64,000 bases of DNA from Minisyncoccota bacterium (GTDB lineage Bacteria; Patescibacteriota; Minisyncoccia; Phycocordibacterales; SBAW01), in contig DASZWM010000003.1 in assembly GCA_035546615.1 (NCBI GenBank), forward strand, positions 64,001-128,000. Reading direction: 5' to 3'. A model generated the notes under the pieces. That model was not told where the DNA came from, ran no database searches, and was given only the letters and a program-made list of their open reading frames with translations. The translations under genes and the position numbers were made by a program. Of this stretch, positions 9,386-18,555 are shown piece after piece (the first letter of the stretch is position 1; each line of letters starts with the position of its first letter).

Positions 9386-10099
9386 TTAAGCGTCATGATG
9401 TTTGGCGCGGCGGCGCGCGTGGGCTTTGGAGTCGGACACAATAAGCCCGTCGCGCAGGACGATGATGCGCTGCGCATGCTCGGCAACGTCGGGCTCGTGG
9501 GTGATGAGGATTATCGTGCGCCCCTGCTCCTCGTTGAGCTTCTGGAACGTGCCGAGCACGACTTCGCCGGTCTTGGTGTCGAGGTTGCCGGTCGGCTCGT
9601 CGGCCAAAATGAGCGACGGCTCGTTGACAAGCGCGCGGGCGATGGCGACGCGCTGTATCTGCCCGCCGGACAATTCATTGGAGCGGTGAAGAAAATGCGT
9701 TTCGGAAAGCCCCGCGTCCACCAATGACTTCTTCGCGCGCTTTTCGCGCGCCTCCTCGTCTACGCCGGCGTACACGAGCGGCAGCATCACGTTGCGCAGC
9801 ATGGTCGTGCGCGGAAGCAGGTTGAACGACTGGAACACGAAGCCCACTTTGCCTTTGCGGATATCGGCCAATTGCTCGTCGTCGAGCTTGGATACGTCTT
9901 TTTTGTCCAGCCGGTACGAGCCCGAAGTCGGCGTGTCGAGGCAGCCGAGAATATGCATGAGCGTCGACTTGCCCGATCCGGAGGGGCCCATGATTGCGAC
10001 GAACTCGCCGTCCTCTATCGTGAAGGACACTCCCTTGAGCGCCTGGAATGCGGTATCGCCCGAGCCGTACGTCTTCGTTATGTCTTTTATTTCGATCAT
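9386..10099 (-). CDS. ABC transporter ATP-binding protein (MacB/LolD-type)
   Basis: Walker A GPSGSGKST, ABC signature [15 protein letters not shown] and Walker [12 protein letters not shown]. Confidence 0.85.
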   Translation of the reverse strand: MIEIKDITKTYGSGDTAFQALKGVSFTIEDGEFVAIMGPSGSGKSTLMHILGCLDTPTSGSYRLDKKDVSKLDDEQLADIRKGKVGFVFQSFNLLPRTTMLRNVMLPLVYAGVDEEAREKRAKKSLVDAGLSETHFLHRSNELSGGQIQRVAIARALVNEPSLILADEPTGNLDTKTGEVVLGTFQKLNEEQGRTIILITHEPDVAEHAQRIIVLRDGLIVSDSKAHARRRAKHHDA

Positions 10100-10104
10100 G
10101 AGGG

Positions 10105-11736
10105 CTAGAAAGCTCTGAGCGTCGCGCCGCCGAAGCCGCCCCTGTTGGCGCCTGTGGCAGCCGTAGCGGCAGTTGCCGCGGTGGCCGAAATAGTGCGCGT
10201 TACCACCTGCTCCCCTTCCGACAGGCCGGACACTATCTCGACGTTCGTATCGTCGGAAAGGCCCGTCTCTACCGCTACCTGCCGCGGCGCCGTCTTTGAC
10301 GCGACGCCGGCAGCGCCTCCGGTCTCCGCAAGCGGCGGATCGAATACCTGCACGTAGGAGGCGCCGCCCACGGTCTTCACGGCGCTCGACGGCACGATGA
10401 GCACGTCGGATTTGACGCTTGTCTGGATACTGGCGTTCACCGTCATGCCGGCCTTGATGCGCGGATCCTGCGCGTCGAAAGCGATCTCAAGCGCGTAGCT
10501 GACAACGCCCTGGCTCACGGTGCCCGCCGCGTCTATCGACGCCACGGTGCCCGTGAGCGTGAGGCCGTCTATCGCGTCGAACGTAAGCGTCGCCTTGTTG
10601 CCCACTTGCACTTTCGCCGCGTCGACCTCGTTGAGGCTGAGCGTCGCGACCTGCGTCTTGCTGATGACGGTCGCGATGGCGGTGCCGCTGCCGACCGTGT
10701 CGCCGACGGAGACGTTCACTTTGGAGACGATGCCGTCAAACGGCGCGCGGACGTAGGTGTCCGCAAGGGCATCCTTTTTCTGCTGGAGCGACAGCATCTC
10801 CGAGCGCAGGTCGAGCGCGTCGGGGCCGCTCTCAAGGTCGGCGAGCGCCTGCCGGCTTTTTATCGCGGAGCTTCTGGAGGAAGACGTGTTGGAGACGGCA
10901 TTGTTGGCCGTGCTTGCCAGGGACGTGACCGACGAATACGCGGCGTCCGCGTCGGCCGCAGTCGCGATGCTGTTATGGGTGCGCAGATACACGACCGCAT
11001 CCTGGGCGGACTTGGCGCTCTGCGCCGCCGAAAGGGCCGCATCATACGCCTGCGACAGCGCGTTCTCTATATCGGACTGGCTCGACGCCGTCGAGACGGA
11101 GCGCAGCGTCGCATCGTACGCCTTGAGAAGGTCGTCCGACGCGTAATAGCTCTTTTCGGCGGTAGATACGTATCCGCGGCCGGTCGCGCTGACGCCCGAG
11201 TTATTGGAAAGGCTGAGATAGCCGCTGAAAAGATCGTGCAGCCCGTCGAGTACGGTGTGCATGTCGCTTGAAGCCTTGGAAAGGGATGCGCGGGCGTCCG
11301 CGTACGCGCTTACGACCGAATCTTTGGCGTCTTGCAGGTCTTCCGGGTCGACGGTAACGAGCCTGTCGTACGAAAGCTGCGCGGTCCCAAGGTCGTACAA
11401 GGCGTCGGTCGGATCGACCTGCGCCAAGAGCGCGCCCGCCTTAACTTCCTGCCCGGCTTTCACGTTGACCGCGATGAGCTTGCCGGAGGAGGCGCCGGAA
11501 ACATCGACTTCGCTTGATGCCGCGACCTGCCCGCTGCCGGAAACCGAGGCAACGATGGTGCCCATCTGCGCGCTACCCAGCACGTACCGCGTCTCGGCGC
11601 TCGCGGATGTGGCGCGGCTATACGCCCACCAGCCGCCGCCCACAAGAACGACGATGGCTGCGGCGCTTATAACCTTGTGCGCGAGCGCGTATTTGGAGGC
11701 GCGCGCGTAGAGATTCTTAAATGCGGCTGTATTCAT
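10105..11736 (-). CDS. efflux periplasmic adaptor subunit (HlyD/MacA family)
   Basis: N-terminal TM anchor, long Ala/Ser-rich coiled coil, then barrel-sandwich/beta-barrel domains. C-terminal ATAATAATAAT low-complexity repeat. Operon with the ABC ATPase and permease. Confidence 0.75.
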   Translation of the reverse strand: MNTAAFKNLYARASKYALAHKVISAAAIVVLVGGGWWAYSRATSASAETRYVLGSAQMGTIVASVSGSGQVAASSEVDVSGASSGKLIAVNVKAGQEVKAGALLAQVDPTDALYDLGTAQLSYDRLVTVDPEDLQDAKDSVVSAYADARASLSKASSDMHTVLDGLHDLFSGYLSLSNNSGVSATGRGYVSTAEKSYYASDDLLKAYDATLRSVSTASSQSDIENALSQAYDAALSAAQSAKSAQDAVVYLRTHNSIATAADADAAYSSVTSLASTANNAVSNTSSSRSSAIKSRQALADLESGPDALDLRSEMLSLQQKKDALADTYVRAPFDGIVSKVNVSVGDTVGSGTAIATVISKTQVATLSLNEVDAAKVQVGNKATLTFDAIDGLTLTGTVASIDAAGTVSQGVVSYALEIAFDAQDPRIKAGMTVNASIQTSVKSDVLIVPSSAVKTVGGASYVQVFDPPLAETGGAAGVASKTAPRQVAVETGLSDDTNVEIVSGLSEGEQVVTRTISATAATAATAATGANRGGFGGATLRAF

Positions 11737-11795
11737 GCAAAGAAGTGAATGGGTAAAAATGCCTTATACCCATTAGTACAAGCGGACAGGCGGCT

Positions 11796-12527
11796 TTATT
11801 TCATCGCGCCCTGCGGCAGTTTCCGCACGCCGAAAGCCCGTATGACCCCGCCTTCATCCGCGTCGCCCGCGATAAATACCACATCGCCGACCGCAAGGCC
11901 GGTCGTCGTAGCGCGGGGGGAGCCCGCGGGAATAAGGATTGAAAGCTGCCTCGTGGTAGTGCCCCGCGCATCCTCTACCGTCAGCATGCTGCCCGCTATG
12001 GCGGTAATGGTGCATTTGCACACGCCGCTTCCCGGCATCGGCCGGCGCGCGCCCTCGAAGAAATCGCCGAAGAAATACAGCTCGTGCCGGTCCGCGCGGT
12101 GAAGCAGGCGGTCGTTGAAGTCGGTGCCGCGGTCTATGAGGACCGCGGCCGCGGCCGTTGCCGCCAGGATGCCCAGCAAAAGGTACAGCACGGGCGTCTT
12201 GTATCCGAAGCGGAACCACCGGAGCATCCATTGCAGAAGGAGGACAAGGCCGACGTCTATGAGGAGCAGGTTCCACGGGAAAAAATACAGGAAAGCGCCG
12301 ATGCCCCGCGGCCCGAAGCCAAGCAGCGAGTCATGGCTGTTGATGCGGATGCCGAACAGGATGAAATTGAAAATAAAGACGGAGATCAGGAGGGCGGCGA
12401 GCGCCACCAGCATGATGGCGGCCATCTTGAGCGCGAAGTAGGCGCGCGGGCGCATGGAAAGCTCGTCCGCGCGGATGCGGCGAAGAACGGCTTCCTGCAT
12501 AGTGTCGTGCTTTTCGTTATTCTCCAT
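11796..12527 (-). CDS. membrane protein, putative anti-sigma factor
   Basis: Overlaps the 3' end of the ECF sigma gene by about 10 nt. N-terminal cytoplasmic segment followed by multiple TM helices. Confidence 0.4.
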   Translation of the reverse strand: MENNEKHDTMQEAVLRRIRADELSMRPRAYFALKMAAIMLVALAALLISVFIFNFILFGIRINSHDSLLGFGPRGIGAFLYFFPWNLLLIDVGLVLLLQWMLRWFRFGYKTPVLYLLLGILAATAAAAVLIDRGTDFNDRLLHRADRHELYFFGDFFEGARRPMPGSGVCKCTITAIAGSMLTVEDARGTTTRQLSILIPAGSPRATTTGLAVGDVVFIAGDADEGGVIRAFGVRKLPQGAMK

Positions 12528-13143
12528 AGCGCATGTTCATCTTCTCATAGGCGGCCCTGAGCGCCTCCTTCCCCCGCTTGATGCGGATGCCGACCGTTCC
12601 GGCCGGGATCTGGAGGATGTCGGCTATTTCCTTGTACTGCATGTCCTCAAGATAGTGGAGGATGAGCACTTCGCGGTATTTCGGCTGCAGTTCCCCGAGC
12701 CCGCGATCGATCATCCGCCGGAGCTCTTTTTGCTCGCGCTCCCCCGGCGCCGGGTCCTCGTACGCGGTGTGCGACACCAGGGTATCGAAATCGACCAGCG
12801 TGAGCGGATTGTACGAGTTGCGCTTGAGGGCGTTGACGAAGGCGTTGTGGGCGATGCGGTACACCCAGGGCGAGAACCGCTGCGATACGTCGAAGTCCCG
12901 AATGTTCTGGTACGCGCTTACGAATACGTCCTGTACGATATCCTCTATGTCCTCGCTTCGGGCGAGGAACTTCCTGCCGTAGCGCAGGAGCTTTTCCTCG
13001 TACCGTTCCATCAGCGCGCCGAACACCTCCTTGTCGCCTTTTTGCACGCGCGCGGCCAGCTCCTCGTCGGTGAGTTGTTCGCGCGCGGAATCCACCTGCC
13101 TATAGTACACCGCGGCACCCATATTTATTTCATAACTCAACAA
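12517..13143 (-). CDS. RNA polymerase sigma-70 factor, ECF subfamily
   Basis: Region 2 (DIVQDVFVSAYQNIRDFD) and region 4 HTH (YREVLILHYLEDMQYKEIADILQIPAGTVGIRIKRGKEALR). Confidence 0.8.
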   Translation of the reverse strand: MLSYEINMGAAVYYRQVDSAREQLTDEELAARVQKGDKEVFGALMERYEEKLLRYGRKFLARSEDIEDIVQDVFVSAYQNIRDFDVSQRFSPWVYRIAHNAFVNALKRNSYNPLTLVDFDTLVSHTAYEDPAPGEREQKELRRMIDRGLGELQPKYREVLILHYLEDMQYKEIADILQIPAGTVGIRIKRGKEALRAAYEKMNMRYGE

Positions 13144-13235
13144 GCCCCCAAAGGGGGCTTGGAGAAGCGGCCGTTTCCGGCCTCCGCGTAGTAGTACACC
13201 CGGGCCGTGGAGATTATTTCACCCGGAGGAAGGAC

Positions 13236-14687
13236 CTATTTCTCCAGGTCGAGCGTCTCGTCGATGCGTATCTGCAATACGAAATCCGGCACGTGGCTCA
13301 CGAGTATCATGGCGCCTTCAAACTGGCTCAATGCGTGGGCGATGACCGGCAAGTGGCGGAAGTTTATATGGTTGGTGGGCTCGTCGAGTATGAGGAGTCC
13401 GGGCTTAAGCAACGTGAGGCGCGCGAATGCCACGAGGCCTTTCTGGCCTTCGGACAGCGTGCCTATTTTGGCGTGCACGAGATCGCCGGTTATCAAGAAT
13501 GCGGCGGCGACCGAACGCAGCGTCTCCTCCACCTGCTTTTCCATCACCGCGGCGAGCTCCTGGTACACGGTCTTGTCGAAATCGAGGTTCGAGAAATCCT
13601 GGCGGTAGTAGCCCACGCGCACGCCGGGCGCAATAACCGAGCCTTCCGCGTTCCCCGACGCGATCGATTCCAAAAGCGTGCTCTTGCCGATGCCGTTAGG
13701 GCCCTTGAGGAGCAGGTGCTGGTTGCGGCGCAGCGTTATCTTTGCCGTGCGCTTCACGGCCTTGTGGTTCTTGATGGTCAGATACGACGTGATGTTGATG
13801 ATGTCGCCGACTATCCCCTGCTGCGCGGGTATCGTGAACGCGCGGATAGTCTTGTCTTCGCGGCGGACATCCACCTTCTCCTCCTCCAGTTCTTCGGCCT
13901 TTTCGCGCATGCGCTTTGCCACCATGCGCATCTGGCCGCCCTTGTTTGCGAAAAAGTTCGCCTTGTCCTTGTTCTCCTGTATTTCCTTCGCCAAAAGCGC
14001 GTTCTTCCGGTTCTCCTTCTCGATGCGCGCGGTTATCTGCTCGGTTACGTCGAAATAGTCGCCCACATACTGCTCGACATGCTTCGTATGCACGTCCAGG
14101 TACAAGACGCCGTCGGTGAACGAATTGAGGAACTCCGCATCGTGCGAAATGACGATGCAGGTCTTGTTGTAGGCGACGAGGAACTTCGTCAGATGCTCAA
14201 TGCCCGCCTTGTCGAGGTTGTTGGTCGGCTCGTCCAAAAGCAGCAGGTCCGGGTCCTGAATGAGCGCAGATGCAAGGAGGAGCCGCGCCTGCTGCCCGCC
14301 GGAGAACTTCTCTATTACTTTGTCGTGCGGGGCGGCGAGATTCACCACTTCAAGCACGGCGTCTATCTTGGGGTCGATATCGTAGACCTTCTCCGGGAAT
14401 ACTCTTTCAAAAAATTCGCGCACCGTGAGCTTCATCTGCTCGCGCGGAATGACCTGGCGCGCGATGGCGATAGTGAGCCCGTGCGCAATGGTGATGCGGC
14501 CCTTCTCCGGCTTGTGCGCGCCCGTGATGAGCCCGAATATGGTGCTTTTGCCCGCGCCGTTCTGCCCCATAATGGTCAGCTTGCCGCCGCGGCGCACCGA
14601 AAAATCCACTTCTTCCAAAATGGGCTTCTTGACGCCAAAATCAAATGACACCTTCTCGAATTTGAGAATAGCTTCGCCTCGGGACAT
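13236..14687 (-). CDS. ABC-F family ATPase (tandem nucleotide-binding domains, no TMD)
   Basis: Two Walker A sites (GQNGAGKST and GPNGIGKST), two signature/Walker B sets and a charged linker between the NBDs. Confidence 0.75.
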   Translation of the reverse strand: MSRGEAILKFEKVSFDFGVKKPILEEVDFSVRRGGKLTIMGQNGAGKSTIFGLITGAHKPEKGRITIAHGLTIAIARQVIPREQMKLTVREFFERVFPEKVYDIDPKIDAVLEVVNLAAPHDKVIEKFSGGQQARLLLASALIQDPDLLLLDEPTNNLDKAGIEHLTKFLVAYNKTCIVISHDAEFLNSFTDGVLYLDVHTKHVEQYVGDYFDVTEQITARIEKENRKNALLAKEIQENKDKANFFANKGGQMRMVAKRMREKAEELEEEKVDVRREDKTIRAFTIPAQQGIVGDIINITSYLTIKNHKAVKRTAKITLRRNQHLLLKGPNGIGKSTLLESIASGNAEGSVIAPGVRVGYYRQDFSNLDFDKTVYQELAAVMEKQVEETLRSVAAAFLITGDLVHAKIGTLSEGQKGLVAFARLTLLKPGLLILDEPTNHINFRHLPVIAHALSQFEGAMILVSHVPDFVLQIRIDETLDLEK

Positions 14688-15443
14688 TTATTTCTGAGTT
14701 AGCGCTTGCGGGTGCTTGCGGCTCCAGGCGTATAAAGCGACGGCGCCCGAGGTTGCGACGTTGAGCGACTCCGCCCGCGGGCTTATCGGCACCGACAGCA
14801 TCTGGTCGCACAAGGCTTTGGCGGACGCGGGGATGCCTTCGGACTCGTTGCCGAGCACGAAGAGCGCGGGCTCGTTGAAGTCTTCGCTGTCAATGCCCTT
14901 CTTTGCGTCCCCGGCAAGGCCGTGCACGCGGACGCCCTTTTTCTTGAGCTGTGCTATCGCCTGCTGGATGTTCTCCACGGTGACGAGCGGAATGCGGAAC
15001 GCCATGCCGGCGGACGCCTTGATAACTGCCCCGGTTATAGGCGACTGATTGTGCGTGGGCATAAGCACGGCCGCAGCGCCGAATGCAGCGGCAGAGCGGA
15101 TAGCTGAGCCGACATTGTGCGGGTCCTGCACTTCATTCAGAAAGAGAAGTGCGGTGTCCGGAGTCGGGTTGAACGTATCCATGAACTTCTCGAACGGCAG
15201 CGCGAAACTGCCGAGCGAAATGAGCGCGATAATGCCCTGATGCGGAGCGCCGCCTTCGGCCTGCGAGGTCGCCTTGCGCTCATCGAGCGGCTCGACGGGA
15301 ATGCCGGAATGCCTGATAAGCTCCTGGAGCTTGCGGTCTTCCATCCGCGGCGAAAGGTGTATCTTGCGCAAAACCTGCGGCGCGTGCCGCAGGGCTTCCT
15401 CGACGGCATGCTTGCCGTATATGTAGATCTTGCTTTGCTTCAC
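14688..15443 (-). CDS. rlmB: TrmH/SpoU family RNA 2'-O-methyltransferase (RlmB-like)
   Basis: N-terminal substrate-binding domain plus SPOUT methyltransferase core (GLVFGNE-like FVLGNESEGIP). Confidence 0.7.
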   Translation of the reverse strand: MKQSKIYIYGKHAVEEALRHAPQVLRKIHLSPRMEDRKLQELIRHSGIPVEPLDERKATSQAEGGAPHQGIIALISLGSFALPFEKFMDTFNPTPDTALLFLNEVQDPHNVGSAIRSAAAFGAAAVLMPTHNQSPITGAVIKASAGMAFRIPLVTVENIQQAIAQLKKKGVRVHGLAGDAKKGIDSEDFNEPALFVLGNESEGIPASAKALCDQMLSVPISPRAESLNVATSGAVALYAWSRKHPQALTQK

Positions 15444-15532
15444 GTTCTTATAATTATACTCCTTTTGGAGCTTTTTGTCAATTAGCCCTTCGGAAAAGGC
15501 TTACATAGGGGCTTATTTGAAATTAGGGAACA

Positions 15533-15883
15533 CTATGCAAAGCCGAACAGCGTGTCTCGGAAATTCTTAATTCTATTCTTGCTATCCACTTCTATCCCCT
15601 CTTTTTTGTAGAGCTTCATGCGCTTCTGGTGATACTGGGGGCTGGTCCAGATGCGGCCATCGGAATAGACGATGCGATGAAACGGAATATTCTTCTCGCC
15701 CTGGTCGTACGCCTTGTCCAAAATGGCGGAGACGCTGCGCGCCGCCTGTCCGCCGCCTCCGGCCGCGCGAGCAAGCGCGCCGTACGTCGTAACCCGGCCC
15801 GGAGGGACCGAAAGCGCGAGCTTCACAACACGCTTGCTGAACTCGCCGGGAGCGTTAAAAGCATTTTGCTGTATGCGCTTCAT
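15533..15883 (-). CDS. alkyltransferase-like (ATL) / MGMT-family DNA-binding protein lacking the catalytic Cys
   Basis: MGMT C-terminal HTH domain, but the active-site PCHRV is replaced by PFHRIV. Confidence 0.6.
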   Translation of the reverse strand: MKRIQQNAFNAPGEFSKRVVKLALSVPPGRVTTYGALARAAGGGGQAARSVSAILDKAYDQGEKNIPFHRIVYSDGRIWTSPQYHQKRMKLYKKEGIEVDSKNRIKNFRDTLFGFA

Positions 15884-16422
15884 ACCTTTAAAAATTCAGA
15901 TACCTTTTCTAAGGCTATCTTGCGCATCGACGTCTGATGTTTTTCTTCGTCGCTCATTTCCGCCCAGGTTTTATCATACCCCTTCGGTATAAATATGGGG
16001 TCCCAGCCGAATCCCATCTCTCCTTTTGGCGATTCTGCAATAGTTCCCTCTATTGAGCCGCCGAATGTGTGAACGCCAGTTTCGTCGCAAATAGCGAATT
16101 CCACTTCAGCAAGAGCACTCCTGTCATTCAAGCTATCGGCCAACCGGCACAAGCCTTCATTCCCGAGGGTTTCCAGAAACCATTTGATGAGCGGACCGGG
16201 CAACTGTTTCAAGCCAGCAAACACGAGCGAAACGTCTTCCACCAAAACCGGCGCTTTCACTATGTCATATGCGCGCCTTGCCTTGTCTTCAACCACTTCT
16301 CTCAGGCTAAGCGATTGGATCTCTTTCAAGTCGAGCTTGATATGATCGACAGGCATATGAAAATGCTCGCTCAGATACTTTGCTTTTCCTGCGTTCCCGG
16401 TGATGAAAGTAAGTTTTTCCAT
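15880..16422 (-). CDS. non-canonical purine NTP pyrophosphatase (RdgB/Ham1 family)
   Basis: N-terminal ITGNAGKAKY motif characteristic of Ham1/ITPase. 180 aa. Confidence 0.7.
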   Translation of the reverse strand: MEKLTFITGNAGKAKYLSEHFHMPVDHIKLDLKEIQSLSLREVVEDKARRAYDIVKAPVLVEDVSLVFAGLKQLPGPLIKWFLETLGNEGLCRLADSLNDRSALAEVEFAICDETGVHTFGGSIEGTIAESPKGEMGFGWDPIFIPKGYDKTWAEMSDEEKHQTSMRKIALEKVSEFLKV

Positions 16423-16423
16423 A

Positions 16424-16897
16424 TTATTCTTTCATCCTCGCTTCGAACGCATCGATGATGCCTTGCTGGTATTCGCTCATTTTTATCCTCGCCTCCTTGA
16501 TAGTAAAGAAATCGCCGCGGTCTATTTCTGGTATCTCCATCTTTTTCCCCGAGCGCGGCGGCCAGTCTATGACGACCGTGTTGCTCTTTATTTTTGCGGG
16601 ATCGCAATCGCCCTCGAACATCCACGCCGTCAGGACCTTGCCGTCGCGAGCGCGCGTGACGGAGATAAGGTATTGAAACTCCCCTTCCGGCTTGAATCCG
16701 GTCTCTTCCTCGAACTCGCGCAGGGCGACAGAAAGGAGTTCATCGCCCTCCTCGCCATCGTCAGCCTGGCCCTTCGGGATGCCCCACGCACCTTCGTCTT
16801 TATTCTGCCAGAACGGCCCGCCCGGATGCACCAAAAGTATCTGAGGGATTCCTTCCTTCAGGCGATACATGAGGAGCCCAGCGGACACCTGCTTCAT
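16424..16897 (-). CDS. NUDIX hydrolase
   Basis: Nudix box GX5EX7REUXEEXGU-like: GQADDGEEGDELLSVALREFEEETG. Confidence 0.75.
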   Translation of the reverse strand: MKQVSAGLLMYRLKEGIPQILLVHPGGPFWQNKDEGAWGIPKGQADDGEEGDELLSVALREFEEETGFKPEGEFQYLISVTRARDGKVLTAWMFEGDCDPAKIKSNTVVIDWPPRSGKKMEIPEIDRGDFFTIKEARIKMSEYQQGIIDAFEARMKE

Positions 16898-16909
16898 CTA
16901 TATATAGTA

Positions 16910-17230
16910 CTACAGCGGCTGCTGGGTGACGCTTGCGACAGCCTCGGGAATGGCATTGACGGTCTTGCGCAATGAGGCGACTTCGTCCTCAAGCGCTTTC
17001 TTCTCGCGCTTTATCTGGCCCAGGTACATCAGATCGCGCATGAGGCTCGGAACAAGAATGAGGAGCGCGGTGATAAGGCCGACAAGCAGCGTCGTAAGAA
17101 GCACGAGCGCCAGCGAAGCGGCGAACTGGAAGCCCAAGAAGGTGACGGTGACGACCGCAACGTTCTGCAGGATGAATATGACGGCTACGGCGCCGAGGAT
17201 GATGCCCGCCAAAAGAGAAATAATGGTCAT
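16910..17230 (-). CDS. LapA-family (DUF1049) small membrane protein
   Basis: Two TM helices followed by a coiled-coil tail, typical of lipopolysaccharide assembly protein A-like proteins. Confidence 0.45.
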   Translation of the reverse strand: MTIISLLAGIILGAVAVIFILQNVAVVTVTFLGFQFAASLALVLLTTLLVGLITALLILVPSLMRDLMYLGQIKREKKALEDEVASLRKTVNAIPEAVASVTQQPL

Positions 17231-17315
17231 GGAATATAAAAAGTTATTGGTAAGCGCACGCTCAGACTATACGATTTCTCCCCTGCCGGGTCAATGAACA
17301 GCGCATAGGGCATTA

Positions 17316-17567
17316 ATGCGATTTTCAGATACTGCCGCGCACACTATATGCATGAAAAAATACGGCGCAGCAGCAGGACGAAAGGTAGAAAAAGTGATGC
17401 ATGAGTATAAAAAAGGCACGCTGAAGTCCGGGCGCGGCGGCAAAGGAGGCCGCGTGAAAAGCCGCAAGCAGGCCATCGCCATCGGGCTTTCGGAAGCGCG
17501 CAAGCGCGGCGCGAAGGTACCGAAAAAGCGTGCGGCAAAAAAGAGGCGCCCCTCGCGCAAAAGCTAG
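17316..17567 (+). CDS. small highly basic protein (DUF-type, K/R-rich)
   Basis: 83 aa. Conserved-looking core HEYKKGTLKSGRGGKGGRVKSRKQAIAIGLSEARKRGA. Confidence 0.4.
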   Translation: MRFSDTAAHTICMKKYGAAAGRKVEKVMHEYKKGTLKSGRGGKGGRVKSRKQAIAIGLSEARKRGAKVPKKRAAKKRRPSRKS

Positions 17568-18076
17568 ATCTTCCTGCTGTCGTAGGCCCAGTGGAGCACC
17601 GCCTGCCGCTGCTTGGCATGGCAGGAAAAGTCTCCCTTTTTGCAATGCTTTTTTATTTGCGCTATGTGCCGGCGGATGGCGACCCAGCGCTGTATCTGCC
17701 TGTCATCATCCGGTCCCCGACGGCCCATATAATAGCGGCAGTACCATTGGAACCAGCCGCGCGGGTCATCCTTGTAGATCCATCCTTTCTTGCGCCACAC
17801 GGAGAGCGGCTGGCTTGCGTTAACGCCGAACAAGTTGATGCGCGGGTCATGCGCGTATAAGCCCTTCTTCTGAAACTTCGCTTTGGCAAACCAGTCTTTC
17901 GGGAATTCCTTTATGCAGTCGCGCATGTATACGCCGCCGAAGACCCCCAGCGCGAGCATCTGCTTGGGCGTCAGCTCGGGCTTGAAGCGCGGGTCGAAGC
18001 GTTTGCCCATGGGCTCCGCGAGTTCGTAGCGGTAGCCCTTTTGCATCTTGTCGCTCACCCGTATTGTTCGGCTCAT
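17564..18076 (-). CDS. conserved hypothetical protein (Trp/Cys-containing, cytoplasmic)
   Basis: 170 aa. No family assigned by eye. Overlaps the adjacent tspO stop/start. Confidence 0.4.
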   Translation of the reverse strand: MSRTIRVSDKMQKGYRYELAEPMGKRFDPRFKPELTPKQMLALGVFGGVYMRDCIKEFPKDWFAKAKFQKKGLYAHDPRINLFGVNASQPLSVWRKKGWIYKDDPRGWFQWYCRYYMGRRGPDDDRQIQRWVAIRRHIAQIKKHCKKGDFSCHAKQRQAVLHWAYDSRKI

Positions 18077-18555
18077 GAGTTAAGCGTCCAGAGCATGAAG
18101 TTGAGATACGAGGCGAAGCTGACCCATACAAGATAGGGCGCCAGAAGCAGTGCAGCCGTGCCCGAAACTTTCGAGAACGACCATACGGTTGCGGCTATAG
18201 AAACCCAGAGGAGCGCGATCTCAGCGAGCGCGGCCCCCGGATTGTGCAGGCCGAAGAACACGAGCGACCATCCGACGTTGAGAAGAAGCTGGACAAAGAA
18301 CAGCTTGAGCGCCAGCGTCCGGCCCCGGCTTGCCGGCCTCTTCCATACCAAATACGCGGCAATGCCCATGAGCAGAAACAACGCTGTCCACACCGGCGCG
18401 AATATCCAGTTGGGCGGAGCGAGGTCGGGCCTGGCGAGCGTGGCATACCACCCGCCTACTGCCGGAGCGGTAAAAAGCGATCCCAGGAGGCCGGCCCCCT
18501 CCGCCAGCAGTATCCATGCCGCGAGCGGCGCGAGGTTTTTTCTGAAAGAGATCAT
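18073..18555 (-). CDS. tspO: TspO/MBR family tryptophan-rich sensory protein
   Basis: Five TM helices with the TspO Trp-rich signature (WYATLARPDLAPPNWIFAPVWTALFLLMG). Start chosen at MISFRKN; the longer upstream extension is Arg-rich and unlikely. Confidence 0.75.
   Translation of the reverse strand: MISFRKNLAPLAAWILLAEGAGLLGSLFTAPAVGGWYATLARPDLAPPNWIFAPVWTALFLLMGIAAYLVWKRPASRGRTLALKLFFVQLLLNVGWSLVFFGLHNPGAALAEIALLWVSIAATVWSFSKVSGTAALLLAPYLVWVSFASYLNFMLWTLNS

Noticed and set aside
13293-14648. 451-aa plus-strand ORF
   Set aside because: Antisense shadow of the ABC-F ATPase gene.
17416-17440. RNase P RNA P4-like motif GAAGTCCGGGCGC
   Set aside because: The match is short and lies inside a coding ORF. 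No surrounding RNase P architecture.
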